Below, piece after piece: positions 1 through 11,537 of a DNA stretch of 32,000 bases. The notes beneath the pieces were generated by a model that saw nothing but the letters and a program-made list of their open reading frames with translations, was not told the DNA's origin and did no database searches. Positions within the stretch are counted from its first letter, which is position 1. Every line of letters begins with the position of its first letter. A program made the translations under genes and the position numbers. The DNA comes from Erysipelotrichaceae bacterium OH741_COT-311 (GTDB lineage: Bacteria > Bacillota_I > Bacilli_A > Erysipelotrichales > Erysipelotrichaceae), in the NCBI GenBank assembly GCA_003858585.1, contig RQZE01000001.1, forward strand, positions 120,001 to 152,000. The letters run 5' to 3'.

Positions 1-2229
<2,229 letters not shown>

Positions 2230-2237
<8 letters not shown>

Positions 2238-3249
2238 CTTTCGCTCCATTTCTATATAATCGTTCAATTGAATCTGAAATATATTCTAGTAAGCCCACAA
2301 TACGATCATAATCCATACGTGATGGACCAACCACCATAAGTTTTCCTTCTTCTGCATCATTTAATCGAAAACGACTTGTTACTACAGCAACATCATCCAT
2401 CCATACTAATGAAGAGCCTGAACTGGTTTTAATCATAAGCTCGTTGGAAGGACTATCAATTTGTCTCCAAAGAGAACTATCATTCAACATTTTCATTAAA
2501 CTTCTTAGTTTTTCAATATCTGAAAACTCCGGTTGATACAACATATTGTTTGTTCCTGCAAAATATACGTTGTCACTTGCAAATTTGATAAATGCTTTTA
2601 AAAAGGCATTAAATAAGACTTCATGACGTTTTACACTCTGTGCTAAAATCGGTTTTAAAGACTGCATCTTTTCCACTAAGTCTATAATTCTTGTACCCCT
2701 CAAACGATCATTTAATATTTCACAACAACTTTGTATATCTTCCAAAGAAACTTCGGTATGAAAATCAAATGTTCGATTTTCCGTATGTCCACAATCTGTG
2801 ATAAACACACATACAGCTTTTTTGCTATCTAGTGGAAAGAGTTTAATATGTTCCAATAATTGATTGGAAGCATCCGGTCCTAACACTCCACTTGCAAGAT
2901 TAGTCATTTGCGATAAGATTTCGCAACTTTCTTTTATTGCTTCATCTATATTTGACTTACGATCAAAGATATTTGCTACAGCATATTCGACACGCTCATC
3001 AATATGGGTTTGCATTAAATGTTCCACATAGAAACGATACCCTTTTGTTGATGGCACACGTCCACTTGAAGTATGCGTCTTTTCTAAATATCCAATATCT
3101 TCTAAATACATCATGTCATTTCGAATGGTCGCACTTGAATATGGCAAGTTATACTTTTCCATAATCGTTTTTGAGCCAACAGGTTCTGCCGTTTGAATAA
3201 ATTCATCAACAATACATTTGAAGATTTCTAAACGTCGTTTCGTTAACAC
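2230..3249 (-). CDS. hrcA: Heat-inducible transcription repressor HrcA
   Basis: 339 aa with a GTG start after AAGGAGGTG. N-terminal winged helix: LTKRRLEIFKCIVDEFIQTAEPVGSKT...SSATIRNDMMYLEDIGYLEKTHTSSGRVPS. First gene of the hrcA-grpE-dnaK order, with CIRCE elements upstream. Confidence 0.95.
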
Positions 3250-3261
3250 TTTGCCACCTCC

Positions 3262-3288
3262 TTAGCACTCATAACTGATGTCTGCTAA
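3262..3288 (-). promoter_or_regulatory. CIRCE operator 1 (HrcA binding site), between the -10 box and the hrcA RBS
   Basis: TTAGCACTC-N9-GTCTGCTAA against the consensus TTAGCACTC-N9-GAGTGCTAA (2 mismatches in one arm). Confidence 0.8.
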
Positions 3289-3289
3289 A

Positions 3290-3318
3290 ATCATATAACA
3301 CATTTTTAGCACTGTCAA
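3290..3318 (-). promoter_or_regulatory. Sigma-A type promoter of the hrcA operon
   Basis: On the minus strand: TTGACA (3318..3313), a 17-nt spacer, then TATGAT (3295..3290). The -35 box lies inside the spacer of CIRCE 2. Confidence 0.7.
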
Positions 3319-3332
3319 CAAAAAAGTGCTAA
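3306..3332 (-). promoter_or_regulatory. CIRCE operator 2, overlapping the -35 box
   Basis: TTAGCACTG-N9-AAGTGCTAA (2 mismatches to the CIRCE consensus). Confidence 0.8.
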
Positions 3333-3355
3333 TTTCTTTCAAAAAATTTACAAAT

Positions 3356-3380
3356 TAAAAACTAAGTCCTAAAACTTAGC
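3356..3380 (-). terminator. Short intrinsic terminator after the GT4 gene
   Basis: Minus strand: CTAAGT-loop-ACTTAG followed by TTTTT, 3 nt after the stop at 3383. The stem is only 6 bp. Confidence 0.45.
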
Positions 3381-3382
3381 CT

Positions 3383-4387
3383 CTATTTCTTATATAATAC
3401 ACGTTCATACACTTCTTTTAATTGCTTACCAACATTTTCAATTGATCTGCTTTTTGCAACTTTATATCCTTCTTCTGTAAGATTTGGTAGTGTATTTTCT
3501 ACGGAACCTCTTACTAACTCAACAAAATCTTCAATGGTTTTTCCTTTATAACAATTCACTTTATCTTGTAGCCATGGATCAAAAGCCCCTATATCTCTTA
3601 AAACAACTTTCTGCTTACTTGCAAGTGCTTCAAGTACTACAATCCCTTCCGTTTCTTCATTAGAAGGAAAAAAGAAACAATCTGCATTCAAATATGCTCC
3701 ATCAATAATAGCACCTTTTACATAGCCGGGTAAAATGACATTGCTTGGACATTGATCAATCGCCTCACGAATAACTCGTGGTACAGAATATAACGGCGTA
3801 TCTCCAAACCAAATAAATTTATATTCAGGTAAACGTCTAGCTACTTCAAAAAAATCCAATAAACCCTTTCGTTCAAAATACAAACCAACGGATAATACAA
3901 CTTTATCATCTTCTTTTAAACTAAAGTATTTACGATACGCTTTTACTTTCTCGGCATTATATTGAAAGCGAGTTAAATCAATACCATTACTAATTGCAGT
4001 AATTGGTAAATCAATTCCATAACCCTCTAACAACATCTTTGAATATGGCGTCGGTGTGATAATTTCATCTGCCAAGCGATATAGCGAAACAATAATCTTC
4101 TTAAATGCAGGAGCTAATTGATTCGATAAAATAAAAGAATTTCGAAAATCTTCTTCAGTAGAATGCGCATGATAAATAACCGGTTTATTTTCCTTACGTG
4201 CTTTATTAATCATTGAATTGGAATTTAATCCATACGTATTAATATGTAATATATCATAATCATCAAATGGATCTGTTGTATATTCAATCCCTTGGCTCAT
4301 CAATGCTTTAATCTGATGCTTCTGGGCACGTCCAATCCCAGAAGTACTTATAAAATTTTCACCTTCAAAATACAACAATACTTTCAT
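3383..4387 (-). CDS. Glycosyltransferase family 4 (diacylglycerol glucosyltransferase-like)
   Basis: 334 aa with GT-B/GT4 features: N-terminal GIGRAQ loop, and a C-terminal E-x7-E motif EETEGIVVLEALA preceded by ILPGYV. Confidence 0.85.
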   Translation of the reverse strand: MKVLLYFEGENFISTSGIGRAQKHQIKALMSQGIEYTTDPFDDYDILHINTYGLNSNSMINKARKENKPVIYHAHSTEEDFRNSFILSNQLAPAFKKIIVSLYRLADEIITPTPYSKMLLEGYGIDLPITAISNGIDLTRFQYNAEKVKAYRKYFSLKEDDKVVLSVGLYFERKGLLDFFEVARRLPEYKFIWFGDTPLYSVPRVIREAIDQCPSNVILPGYVKGAIIDGAYLNADCFFFPSNEETEGIVVLEALASKQKVVLRDIGAFDPWLQDKVNCYKGKTIEDFVELVRGSVENTLPNLTEEGYKVAKSRSIENVGKQLKEVYERVLYKK

Positions 4388-4551
4388 ACAATCACCTTTT
4401 TTATTATACTAAAATAACCATCTAACGTATAGCATCCTAAATGATTTTTATCCTTTCAATTCATTATTCCATAAAATAGTATATTACATTGATAATTCTA
4501 TTACGAATTATTTTATCATCTTTCTTATTAAAAATGAAGATATCCCCACAT

Positions 4552-4582
4552 AAAAAGAGTGTTGAAGTTCAACACTCTTTTT
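4552..4582 (-). terminator. Intrinsic terminator of the PFOR gene
   Basis: Perfect inverted repeat AAAAAGAGTGTTGAA / TTCAACACTCTTTTT, 10 nt downstream of the stop at 4593, with a T-run on the minus strand. Confidence 0.85.
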
Positions 4583-4592
4583 CTTTAAAAGA

Positions 4593-7500
4593 TTAGTCTT
4601 TTGATAAACGTACTAGACGATTATAACGCTTAATTGAGTCATTTTTACTTCTTTCAAATAGCTCATAAGCTGTTTCACCTTTTAACTTAGGTAATTGTGA
4701 ATAACGTGTTTCACTTAAGATAAAGTCATTAAACAATTCAAAGTTTGGTGCTTTTGAGTCAATTGTTAATGGTTTTTCTTTACGTGGATCAAAACGATAC
4801 AATGTGAAGTATCCACATTCAACCGCTTTTGCTTGTGTACGTTGATGGTTCATTAACCCACCCTTAATACCATGTTCAATACATGGAGAGTAAGCAATGA
4901 TTAATGATGGCCCTGGATAACTTTCAGCTTCTTTGAAAGCATTTAATGTTTGTTGCTTGTTTGCACCCATTGCTACTTGAGCAACATAAACATGTCCATA
5001 AGCCATTGCAATTTGTCCTAAGTCTTTTTTACCAGTTGGTTTCCCGCCAGCAGCAAACTTCGCAATTGATGATAGTGGTGATGCTTTTGAAGATTGACCA
5101 CCTGTATTTGAATATACTTCCGTATCTAAAATTAACACGTTAACATTTATGTCATTTGCAATTACATGATCTAAACCACCAAAACCAATATCGTAAGCCC
5201 AACCATCTCCACCGATGATCCATACAGATTTACCTACTAAATCACGTTCATACTCAAGTAATTCTTTTACAGCTTCATTACTTGATGCTTTTACGGCAGC
5301 AATAACTTCATCTTTGCATTGACGTTGTAAATCACGATTTTCTTTTGCTTCTATATATTTTGTAAAGGCTTCTTTACAGTCTGATTCTAAATTTTCTTCC
5401 ATAATTTGTAAGATACGTGCTTCTTTATAGTTTTGAGCTAATGCCATACCATAACCATATTCTGCATTATCTTCAAACAATGAGTTCCCCCAAGCAACCC
5501 CTTCACCATTTTTATCTGATACGAATGGACTTGTTGGTACAGATGAACTGTAAATCATTGAACATCCTGTAGCGTTAGCCACTAACATATCACGACCATA
5601 TAGTTGAGTGACTAATTTATAATATGGAGTTTCTCCACATCCAGGACATGCCCCTGATACTTCAAAGTAAGGCATTTGGAATTGAGATCCTTTTACTGTT
5701 GTTGTTGGGAATAAATCTGTCTTATAATCTAACTCTTTATACATATAATCTGCAAGAGGCTCTTCATGAATGACTGTATGTGTGTCTACCATAGTTAAGG
5801 CTTTATTGCCACCTTTACCTGGACATTCAACCACACATAAACTACATCCAACACAGTTTGCTGGAGATACTTGAATACGATATTTTAAGTGATCAACACC
5901 CTTACCAGCACCTTTTAATGTAGCAAATTCCATTGGTGCATTGGCTACTTCTTCATCTGTTAATAAGAATGTACGAATTGTTCCATGTGGACATACATAC
6001 GAACAGAAACCACATTGAATACAGTTATCCGGATTCCAACTTGGAACTTGTGGTGCTGTAGTACGTTTTTCTTTAAAGGCAACATTACTATGTAATGAAC
6101 CATCTAAGATATTGTAATCAAGGAATGTACTTACCGGTAAATCATATCCTTCCATTTCATTAATTGGTGTTACATAGTTATCAAAATATTCATCCCCGGT
6201 TGTTTCACGTTTTGTGTTATAAGTTAAGTCTTTCCAACTTTCTTTCACTTCAACTTCAACTAAACCGCCTTTACCTGAATCAATGGCTTTGTAGTTTAAT
6301 TCAACAATTTCATCACCTTTTTTAGAATATGCCTTTTTCGCCATATACTTCATCAATTCTACCGCTTTTTCATAAGGCATGATTTGTTCATTTAAAGCAA
6401 AGAACGCAGATTGTAAAATCGTATTTGTTCTACGACCCATACCAATTTCATTGGCAATCTTTGTAGCATTAATAATATAGAATTTTGCTTGTTTATCCGC
6501 CAGTTTCTTTAATAGACGATTTGGCATACGACTTTCAATTTCTTCAGCCGTATAACTTGTATTTAATAAGAATGTTCCACCCTTCTTTAAATAGCGAATC
6601 ATATCATATTTTAATACATACGTATCTAATGAACATGAAATAAAGTCAGCATAGTCTACATAATAGGTTGATAATATCGGACTCTTCCCAAATCTTAAGT
6701 GTGATTTTGTAACTCCACCGGCTTTTTTAGAGTCATATTGGAAATAGGCTTGTGCATACTGATCCGTATTATCACCAATAATTTTAATAGATGATTTATT
6801 GGCAGACACTGTACCATCTGAACCTAAACCATAGAATAAACATGCTGTACTGTCACTTTTAATATAGAAATCCGGATCTACTTCTAAACTTAAATGCGTT
6901 ACGTCATCTACAATACCAATTGTAAATTCTTCTTTTGGTTGTTCTTTATTTAATTCATCATACACAGCTTTAATTTGATTTGGTGTTGTATCTTTTGAAC
7001 TTAACCCATAACGACCACCAATAATCACTTTACCAGTATTCTTAAATGCTTCTGTAATATCTAAGTATAATGGTTCACGAGCACCCATTTCTTTTGTACG
7101 GTCTAAAACAGCAATCTTTGTACATGTCTTTGGGAACACCGCTTTTAAATATTTCACAGAGAAAGGACGATATAGGTGTACTTTAATTAAACCTACTTTT
7201 TCACCTTCACTATTTAAACGATTTACTACTTCTTTAATTGTTTCAGTTACAGAACCCATCGCAACAATAACACGTGTTGCATCACTTGCTCCATAGTATG
7301 TAAATGGTGCATACTCACGTCCTGTATGTTCGCTAATTTTCTTCATGTATTCATTTACAATGTCAGGAATGGCATTGTAATGTTTATTTTGAGCTTCACG
7401 TGTTTGGAAGAAAATATCATCGTTTTCAGCTCCACCACGTGTAACCGGATTACTATGTGGGTTTAAAGCGCTTGCTTTAAACTTGTTTAACGCTTCTCTA

Positions 7501-8087
7501 TCTAATAAACTCTTTAAAAATTCTTGATCCATTACTTCAATTTTTTGAATTTCATGTGATGTTCTAAATCCATCAAAAAAATGAATAAATGGAGCTGAAC
7601 CTTTAATCGCACTTAAATGAGCTACCCCAGCTAAGTCCATAGCTTCTTGCACAGAATGTGATGCCAACATACAAACACCTGTTTGTCTTGCAGCATAAAT
7701 GTCCTCATGATCTCCAAAGATACTTAAAGCACGACCAGCAATTGCACGCGCAGCTACATGAATTACTCCCGGTAATAGTTCCCCAGCCATCTTATAGATA
7801 TTTGGAATCATTAATAATAAACCTTGTGATGCAGTAAATGTTGTTGATAATGCTCCACCTTGTAAAGCACCGTGAACTGCCCCTGCAGCTCCACCTTCTG
7901 ATTGCATTTCTGTAACCTTCACTACTGAATCAAAAATGTTTTTACGTCCGCTTGATGCCCAAGCATCCACTACTTCTGCCATTGTAGAAGATGGTGTGAT
8001 TGGATATATCGCAGCAATCTCAGTAAAAGCATAGGCACAATGCGCAGCAGCATTGTTACCATCCATAGACATATATGTTTTTGTCAT
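4593..8087 (-). CDS. nifJ: Pyruvate:ferredoxin (flavodoxin) oxidoreductase
   Basis: 1164 aa. Two ferredoxin-type clusters (CIQCGFCSYVCP and CVGCSLCVVECP), TPP-binding GGDGWAYDIGFGGLDH, and an N-terminus MDGNNAAAHCAYAFTE typical of single-chain PFOR. Confidence 0.97.
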   Translation of the reverse strand: MTKTYMSMDGNNAAAHCAYAFTEIAAIYPITPSSTMAEVVDAWASSGRKNIFDSVVKVTEMQSEGGAAGAVHGALQGGALSTTFTASQGLLLMIPNIYKMAGELLPGVIHVAARAIAGRALSIFGDHEDIYAARQTGVCMLASHSVQEAMDLAGVAHLSAIKGSAPFIHFFDGFRTSHEIQKIEVMDQEFLKSLLDREALNKFKASALNPHSNPVTRGGAENDDIFFQTREAQNKHYNAIPDIVNEYMKKISEHTGREYAPFTYYGASDATRVIVAMGSVTETIKEVVNRLNSEGEKVGLIKVHLYRPFSVKYLKAVFPKTCTKIAVLDRTKEMGAREPLYLDITEAFKNTGKVIIGGRYGLSSKDTTPNQIKAVYDELNKEQPKEEFTIGIVDDVTHLSLEVDPDFYIKSDSTACLFYGLGSDGTVSANKSSIKIIGDNTDQYAQAYFQYDSKKAGGVTKSHLRFGKSPILSTYYVDYADFISCSLDTYVLKYDMIRYLKKGGTFLLNTSYTAEEIESRMPNRLLKKLADKQAKFYIINATKIANEIGMGRRTNTILQSAFFALNEQIMPYEKAVELMKYMAKKAYSKKGDEIVELNYKAIDSGKGGLVEVEVKESWKDLTYNTKRETTGDEYFDNYVTPINEMEGYDLPVSTFLDYNILDGSLHSNVAFKEKRTTAPQVPSWNPDNCIQCGFCSYVCPHGTIRTFLLTDEEVANAPMEFATLKGAGKGVDHLKYRIQVSPANCVGCSLCVVECPGKGGNKALTMVDTHTVIHEEPLADYMYKELDYKTDLFPTTTVKGSQFQMPYFEVSGACPGCGETPYYKLVTQLYGRDMLVANATGCSMIYSSSVPTSPFVSDKNGEGVAWGNSLFEDNAEYGYGMALAQNYKEARILQIMEENLESDCKEAFTKYIEAKENRDLQRQCKDEVIAAVKASSNEAVKELLEYERDLVGKSVWIIGGDGWAYDIGFGGLDHVIANDINVNVLILDTEVYSNTGGQSSKASPLSSIAKFAAGGKPTGKKDLGQIAMAYGHVYVAQVAMGANKQQTLNAFKEAESYPGPSLIIAYSPCIEHGIKGGLMNHQRTQAKAVECGYFTLYRFDPRKEKPLTIDSKAPNFELFNDFILSETRYSQLPKLKGETAYELFERSKNDSIKRYNRLVRLSKD

Positions 8088-8195
8088 AATCTTCCTCCTA
8101 CTTCCTTGTCTATATTATTATAATCTATTCCTGGATTGAATAAAAGTGCCCAAAGGACACTTTATTAATTTTTTAATATTTTTCACAAAGATTTT

Positions 8196-8702
8196 TTATA
8201 AAATTACCACTTTATCTTCTAAATCATGTTCTAGAAGCATGACTTTTACAACTTCATCTTTACTTGTAGGAACATTTTTACCAACATAATCAGCCTTAAT
8301 GGGAAGTTGACGATGACCACGATCTACTAAAACTGCCAAATGAATTTCACGTGCTCTACCATAATGCATTACTCCATCCATCGCAGCTCTTGTTGTTCTT
8401 CCTGAAAACAAAACATCATCCACTAAAATCACAATCTTATCTTTTACATCAATACCTAAATCCATTGTTGGTATTATTTCTCTTACATCATCTCGCCATG
8501 GTTGAATATCAATACTACCACAAAGTATATTACAAACTTCAAAGGATTCAATGATTGTTTTTAAACGTTTTGCTAAGTAAATACCTCTTGTTTTAATACC
8601 CACTAATACTAAATCTTGTGTTCCTTTATTTGTTTCAATAATTTCATGAGCAATACGCACCAACGAGCGTTTCATCATGGCTTCATCCATTATTATTTTC
8701 AT
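8196..8702 (-). CDS. pyrR: Bifunctional pyrimidine regulatory protein PyrR / uracil phosphoribosyltransferase
   Basis: 168 aa with the PRPP-binding loop VILVDDVLFSGRTTRAA, a PyrR-type N-terminus (MDEAMMKRSLVRIAHEIIE) and a C-terminal ADYVGKNVPTS. Confidence 0.93.
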   Translation of the reverse strand: MKIIMDEAMMKRSLVRIAHEIIETNKGTQDLVLVGIKTRGIYLAKRLKTIIESFEVCNILCGSIDIQPWRDDVREIIPTMDLGIDVKDKIVILVDDVLFSGRTTRAAMDGVMHYGRAREIHLAVLVDRGHRQLPIKADYVGKNVPTSKDEVVKVMLLEHDLEDKVVIL

Positions 8703-8755
8703 AGTTCACCTCACGTAAATTATATACCAAAATTTTAGTTTCACCTACTATTATC

Positions 8756-8782
8756 ATAAAAAAGGAATCCCAAAGGATTCCC
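8756..8782 (-). terminator. Intrinsic terminator after the flavoprotein remnant
   Basis: GGAATCC-CAAA-GGATTCC hairpin followed by TTTTTT on the minus strand, immediately after the stop at 8787. Confidence 0.8.
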
Positions 8783-8786
8783 TAGT

Positions 8787-9350
8787 TTATTTACTTACAT
8801 TTGTACCAGCAATACGACCAAATACGATGATATCTGTAATCGCATTACCACCTAAACGGTTTGTTCCATGGATGCCACCAGTTACTTCACCAGCTGCAAA
8901 TAATCCTTTGATTACATTTCCATTTGTATCAATAACTTCCGCATGTTCATTGATCTTTAATCCACCCATTGTATGGTGTGTACTTGGAACTACTTTTTGA
9001 ATGTAGAATTTACCTTCACTAATTGGACGTAATTTACCACCTTTATTAAAGTCTTCATCTACTTCATCTTTAATTGATTCATTATATGCAGCAATTGTTT
9101 CTTGTAATTTTGTAGCATCAATACCATAGTGGTTTGCTGCATCTTCAAGAGTTTCAGCAACATAAATCAAATCATCTTTTTGCCATTGTTCAAATTCAAC
9201 TTTATGAAGTTGTGTCATATTTCCAACTGTTTCAATTTCTTGACCCCACACTAAATAAGCCACTTGACCGGTTTGGTTTAAAATCGCATTTGAAATATCA
9301 TCTCTATACACTTTTGCACTAGAGTCTCTAAAAAATATTTGTCCAAATAC
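8787..9350 (-). pseudogene. C-terminal ~190 aa remnant of an FAD flavocytochrome-c / fumarate (urocanate) reductase-type flavoprotein
   Basis: The ORF track's 174 aa start at a GTG. The same frame stays open upstream to 9488, but recognisable homology starts near 9350 (GQIFFRD...). Family motifs are HHTMGGLKIN and GLFAAGEVTGGIHGTNRLGGNAITDIIVFGR. The expected N-terminal FAD GxGxxG domain and ~300 aa are missing, and there is no RBS or promoter. Confidence 0.8.
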
Positions 9351-9359
9351 AGACTCATC

Positions 9360-9394
9360 TAGGCTTAATTTTTCTTGTATAACTTTTAAGCCTA
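9360..9394. other. 9-bp perfect stem-loop at the left island edge
   Basis: TAGGCTTAA-N17-TTAAGCCTA, 25 nt downstream of the stop of the 9419..9913 gene. No adjacent T-run, so it could be a terminator-like structure or a junction element. Confidence 0.4.
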
Positions 9395-9418
9395 ATCTCT
9401 CTGTTAAAACTTCATGAT

Positions 9419-9913
9419 CTACACTGTTAGCTTGTACATAGGCTTCTTTATAATATTTTTTATTATACTTGCTGCAATATCCTCTAGTTCATCTTTCTTA
9501 ATATACCTAACTAGCGAGTCACTCATAGGTGCAGCACTATTACTTTTACAAGAATACATTTCAACTTCATTAACTTTTAGGGAGTCAAGGTTATCTTTTA
9601 AATCCCCTTCACAATTTAACTTAAACCAAGCACAAGTAGATTCTTCTTTATCGGTATGATATCTATCCTTATCATAAACAGTAAACTCCACCTCACAAAC
9701 AATATCAAAAGCAATGCATGTTCCAGGTCTATCATCAACACTTACATATTTGACATTTATATCTTCTATATTAATTTCTCCTGGAGCAGTTATATTATAT
9801 AGTCTCAATGAAAGGTCATCTGCATCTTTATCATAGCAAAATTTCTCAATTTCACTCCAAATCAAATTATCAAATTTATTTTTAACATATTCGGTAAAAG
9901 ACCTCTTTTTCAT
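9419..9913 (-). CDS. Hypothetical protein (164 aa), first gene inside the island; possibly 3'-truncated
   Basis: Clean ORF with AAGGAG 10 nt upstream of the ATG. Acidic and Cys-containing, with no motif I can name. Its stop lies at the presumed island junction. Confidence 0.55.
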   Translation of the reverse strand: MKKRSFTEYVKNKFDNLIWSEIEKFCYDKDADDLSLRLYNITAPGEINIEDINVKYVSVDDRPGTCIAFDIVCEVEFTVYDKDRYHTDKEESTCAWFKLNCEGDLKDNLDSLKVNEVEMYSCKSNSAAPMSDSLVRYIKKDELEDIAASIIKNIIKKPMYKLTV

Positions 9914-10002
9914 GCAACATGACTCCTTACTTGTATATATCTATAATACATATATTGTACTAGATACATTTGATTTTGTCTTTAAGAATGAAATATAAAT
10001 TT

Positions 10003-10063
10003 GTATATGCGAATTTATGTTGTTCAGTATATGCAAAACTGATATAATTTACATAAACTGATA
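10003..10063 (+). promoter_or_regulatory. Promoter and candidate C-box region of the HTH-endonuclease operon
   Basis: Extended -10 TGATATAAT at 10040..10048. Direct repeats GTATATGC at 10003..10010 and 10027..10034. Direct repeats AAACTGATA at 10036..10044 and 10055..10063. TCAGT-N9-ACTGA dyad at 10024..10042. Confidence 0.45.
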
Positions 10064-10087
10064 AAAAAACTTGTAAAGGATTATTCA

Positions 10088-10294
10088 ATGAAAATTCAAT
10101 ATAACAAACTGTGGAAAATACTAATAGACAAAGAAATGAATAAAGTCGATCTAATCAAATCAGCTAAAATCAGTACCAGCTCTATGGCAAAGCTAAGCAA
10201 AAACATGTATGTTCGAATGGATGTTTTGATGAAAATCGCTGAAACGTTAGATTGTAAAATTGAAGATTTATTTGAAACTATAGAGGAGGAATAG
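10088..10294 (+). CDS. Small XRE/HTH_26-type DNA-binding protein, probable R-M controller (C) protein
   Basis: 68 aa with HTH MNKVDLIKSAKISTSSMAKLSKN. The stop TAG lies 2 nt before the endonuclease ATG, with GAGGAGGA inside its 3' end acting as the RBS (translational coupling). Confidence 0.7.
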   Translation: MKIQYNKLWKILIDKEMNKVDLIKSAKISTSSMAKLSKNMYVRMDVLMKIAETLDCKIEDLFETIEEE

Positions 10295-10296
10295 CT

Positions 10297-11487
10297 ATGG
10301 CATTCACAAATGGAGAAAAATCAAAGCATGGTAAAAACGCTCAATCCAATATAGAAAGCCTTTTGGAACACTGCAAAAATAAAGGCTATATTAAAGATTA
10401 TCAAAAAGACTTCCGTATAGGAAAAACAGGGTTTTCAAATTCAGGACAATTTTACGCACCTTTCTATGTTTCACTTAACAACTCTAAACATTGGCTAATT
10501 TATTCCACTACTTCCATGCGTACAGATAGAATAAAAGGACAACAATGGGATTCACTAAATATCAAGTTAATTGATAAATCTGTAGATAAAGTGTTTTTAG
10601 TATACTCTGACGGCATTGCTCAATCAGAAATAGATTCGTTCAAAAAACAAAATGATAAATACTTAACTAAATCCGAGTTTTCGTCTATAGATTCGATAAT
10701 TAGTCAAAATGAATTGTATAATTTACTTGAAGCATCTGCGACTTCATCGCTTACAAGTGGACAAATTAAAGATTTACAAGGAAGAAATTTTGAAAGTCTT
10801 GTTGCTACTACATTATCCAATACAGATAATTTACACAAATGGAAAACTAATAATAAAGTATCAACAGGTATGCATTATAATATTTTTAAAGCTATCGTTT
10901 CTTACCTAAATCTAGATAGCTCAGTTATAGAAAAAATTAAAGCAACTTCTGATAGTAAAGTTATAGGAAAACTCCCGTCAGGAGGCAATCCTAAAACAGA
11001 TGTAATGATGGATATTATATTTAAAGATAGCACACAATCAAGAGTGACGATAAGCTGTAAAAGATCCAGTGACAAAAAAGTAAGTGTTCATGAATATTCT
11101 GCTGAGTCATTTGCAAACATCTTAGATTCTAAAAATTCTAGTCTAAGATTGCTATTAGAGAATTTTCAAGCCACTCCTTCCCTATCAAGCTTTGGCGAAA
11201 CTAATATTGACGCTCTTACAAAAGAACTTGCTCCTTATTCTGATAAATTATCTCAATGGGTACTTGCTGGAATACATGGATACGGAGATAAAAATAAACA
11301 TTGGGCAAGCCATATATTAACATATGACAATAATGACAACACAATATCCTTTCATGATATAAATACCTATATTGAATTACTTAAGAATAATGGTGGTAGT
11401 GGTCATTTTGGCACATTATTTACTTGGACTTATCCTTCAAAAAAACGTGGCAAGAGTATTCAACTTAAATGTAAAATCTTAAAATAA
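10297..11487 (+). CDS. Putative type II restriction endonuclease (MspI/HpaII-like active-site spacing)
   Basis: 396 aa, convergent with a C5-MTase and preceded by a C-protein-like gene. The motif GGNPKTD-X17-S-C-K (D..SxK) has the same spacing I recall for the MspI D99/N117/K119 site. The N-terminal part has an STTSMRTDRIKGQQW segment, as in several REases. Confidence 0.6.
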   Translation: MAFTNGEKSKHGKNAQSNIESLLEHCKNKGYIKDYQKDFRIGKTGFSNSGQFYAPFYVSLNNSKHWLIYSTTSMRTDRIKGQQWDSLNIKLIDKSVDKVFLVYSDGIAQSEIDSFKKQNDKYLTKSEFSSIDSIISQNELYNLLEASATSSLTSGQIKDLQGRNFESLVATTLSNTDNLHKWKTNNKVSTGMHYNIFKAIVSYLNLDSSVIEKIKATSDSKVIGKLPSGGNPKTDVMMDIIFKDSTQSRVTISCKRSSDKKVSVHEYSAESFANILDSKNSSLRLLLENFQATPSLSSFGETNIDALTKELAPYSDKLSQWVLAGIHGYGDKNKHWASHILTYDNNDNTISFHDINTYIELLKNNGGSGHFGTLFTWTYPSKKRGKSIQLKCKILK

Positions 11488-11494
11488 CTTTGTA

Positions 11495-11537
11495 TAAAAA
11501 AATGCGACTTTTTTGGTTTAAAAGTCGCATTTTTTTC
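11495..11537. terminator. Bidirectional intrinsic terminator between the convergent R and M genes
   Basis: AAAAAAATGCGACTTTT-TTGGTTT-AAAAGTCGCATTTTTTT, flanked by A/T runs on both strands. Confidence 0.85.

Noticed and set aside
8088-8786. I looked for PyrR-binding attenuator RNA (an anti-antiterminator loop with an ARUCCAGAGAGG-like motif) around the stand-alone pyrR.
   Set aside because: The leader between the putative -10 box and the pyrR ATG is only ~25 nt, and I saw no such motif on either side. pyrR appears monocistronic between two terminators, and its RNA targets must lie outside this window.
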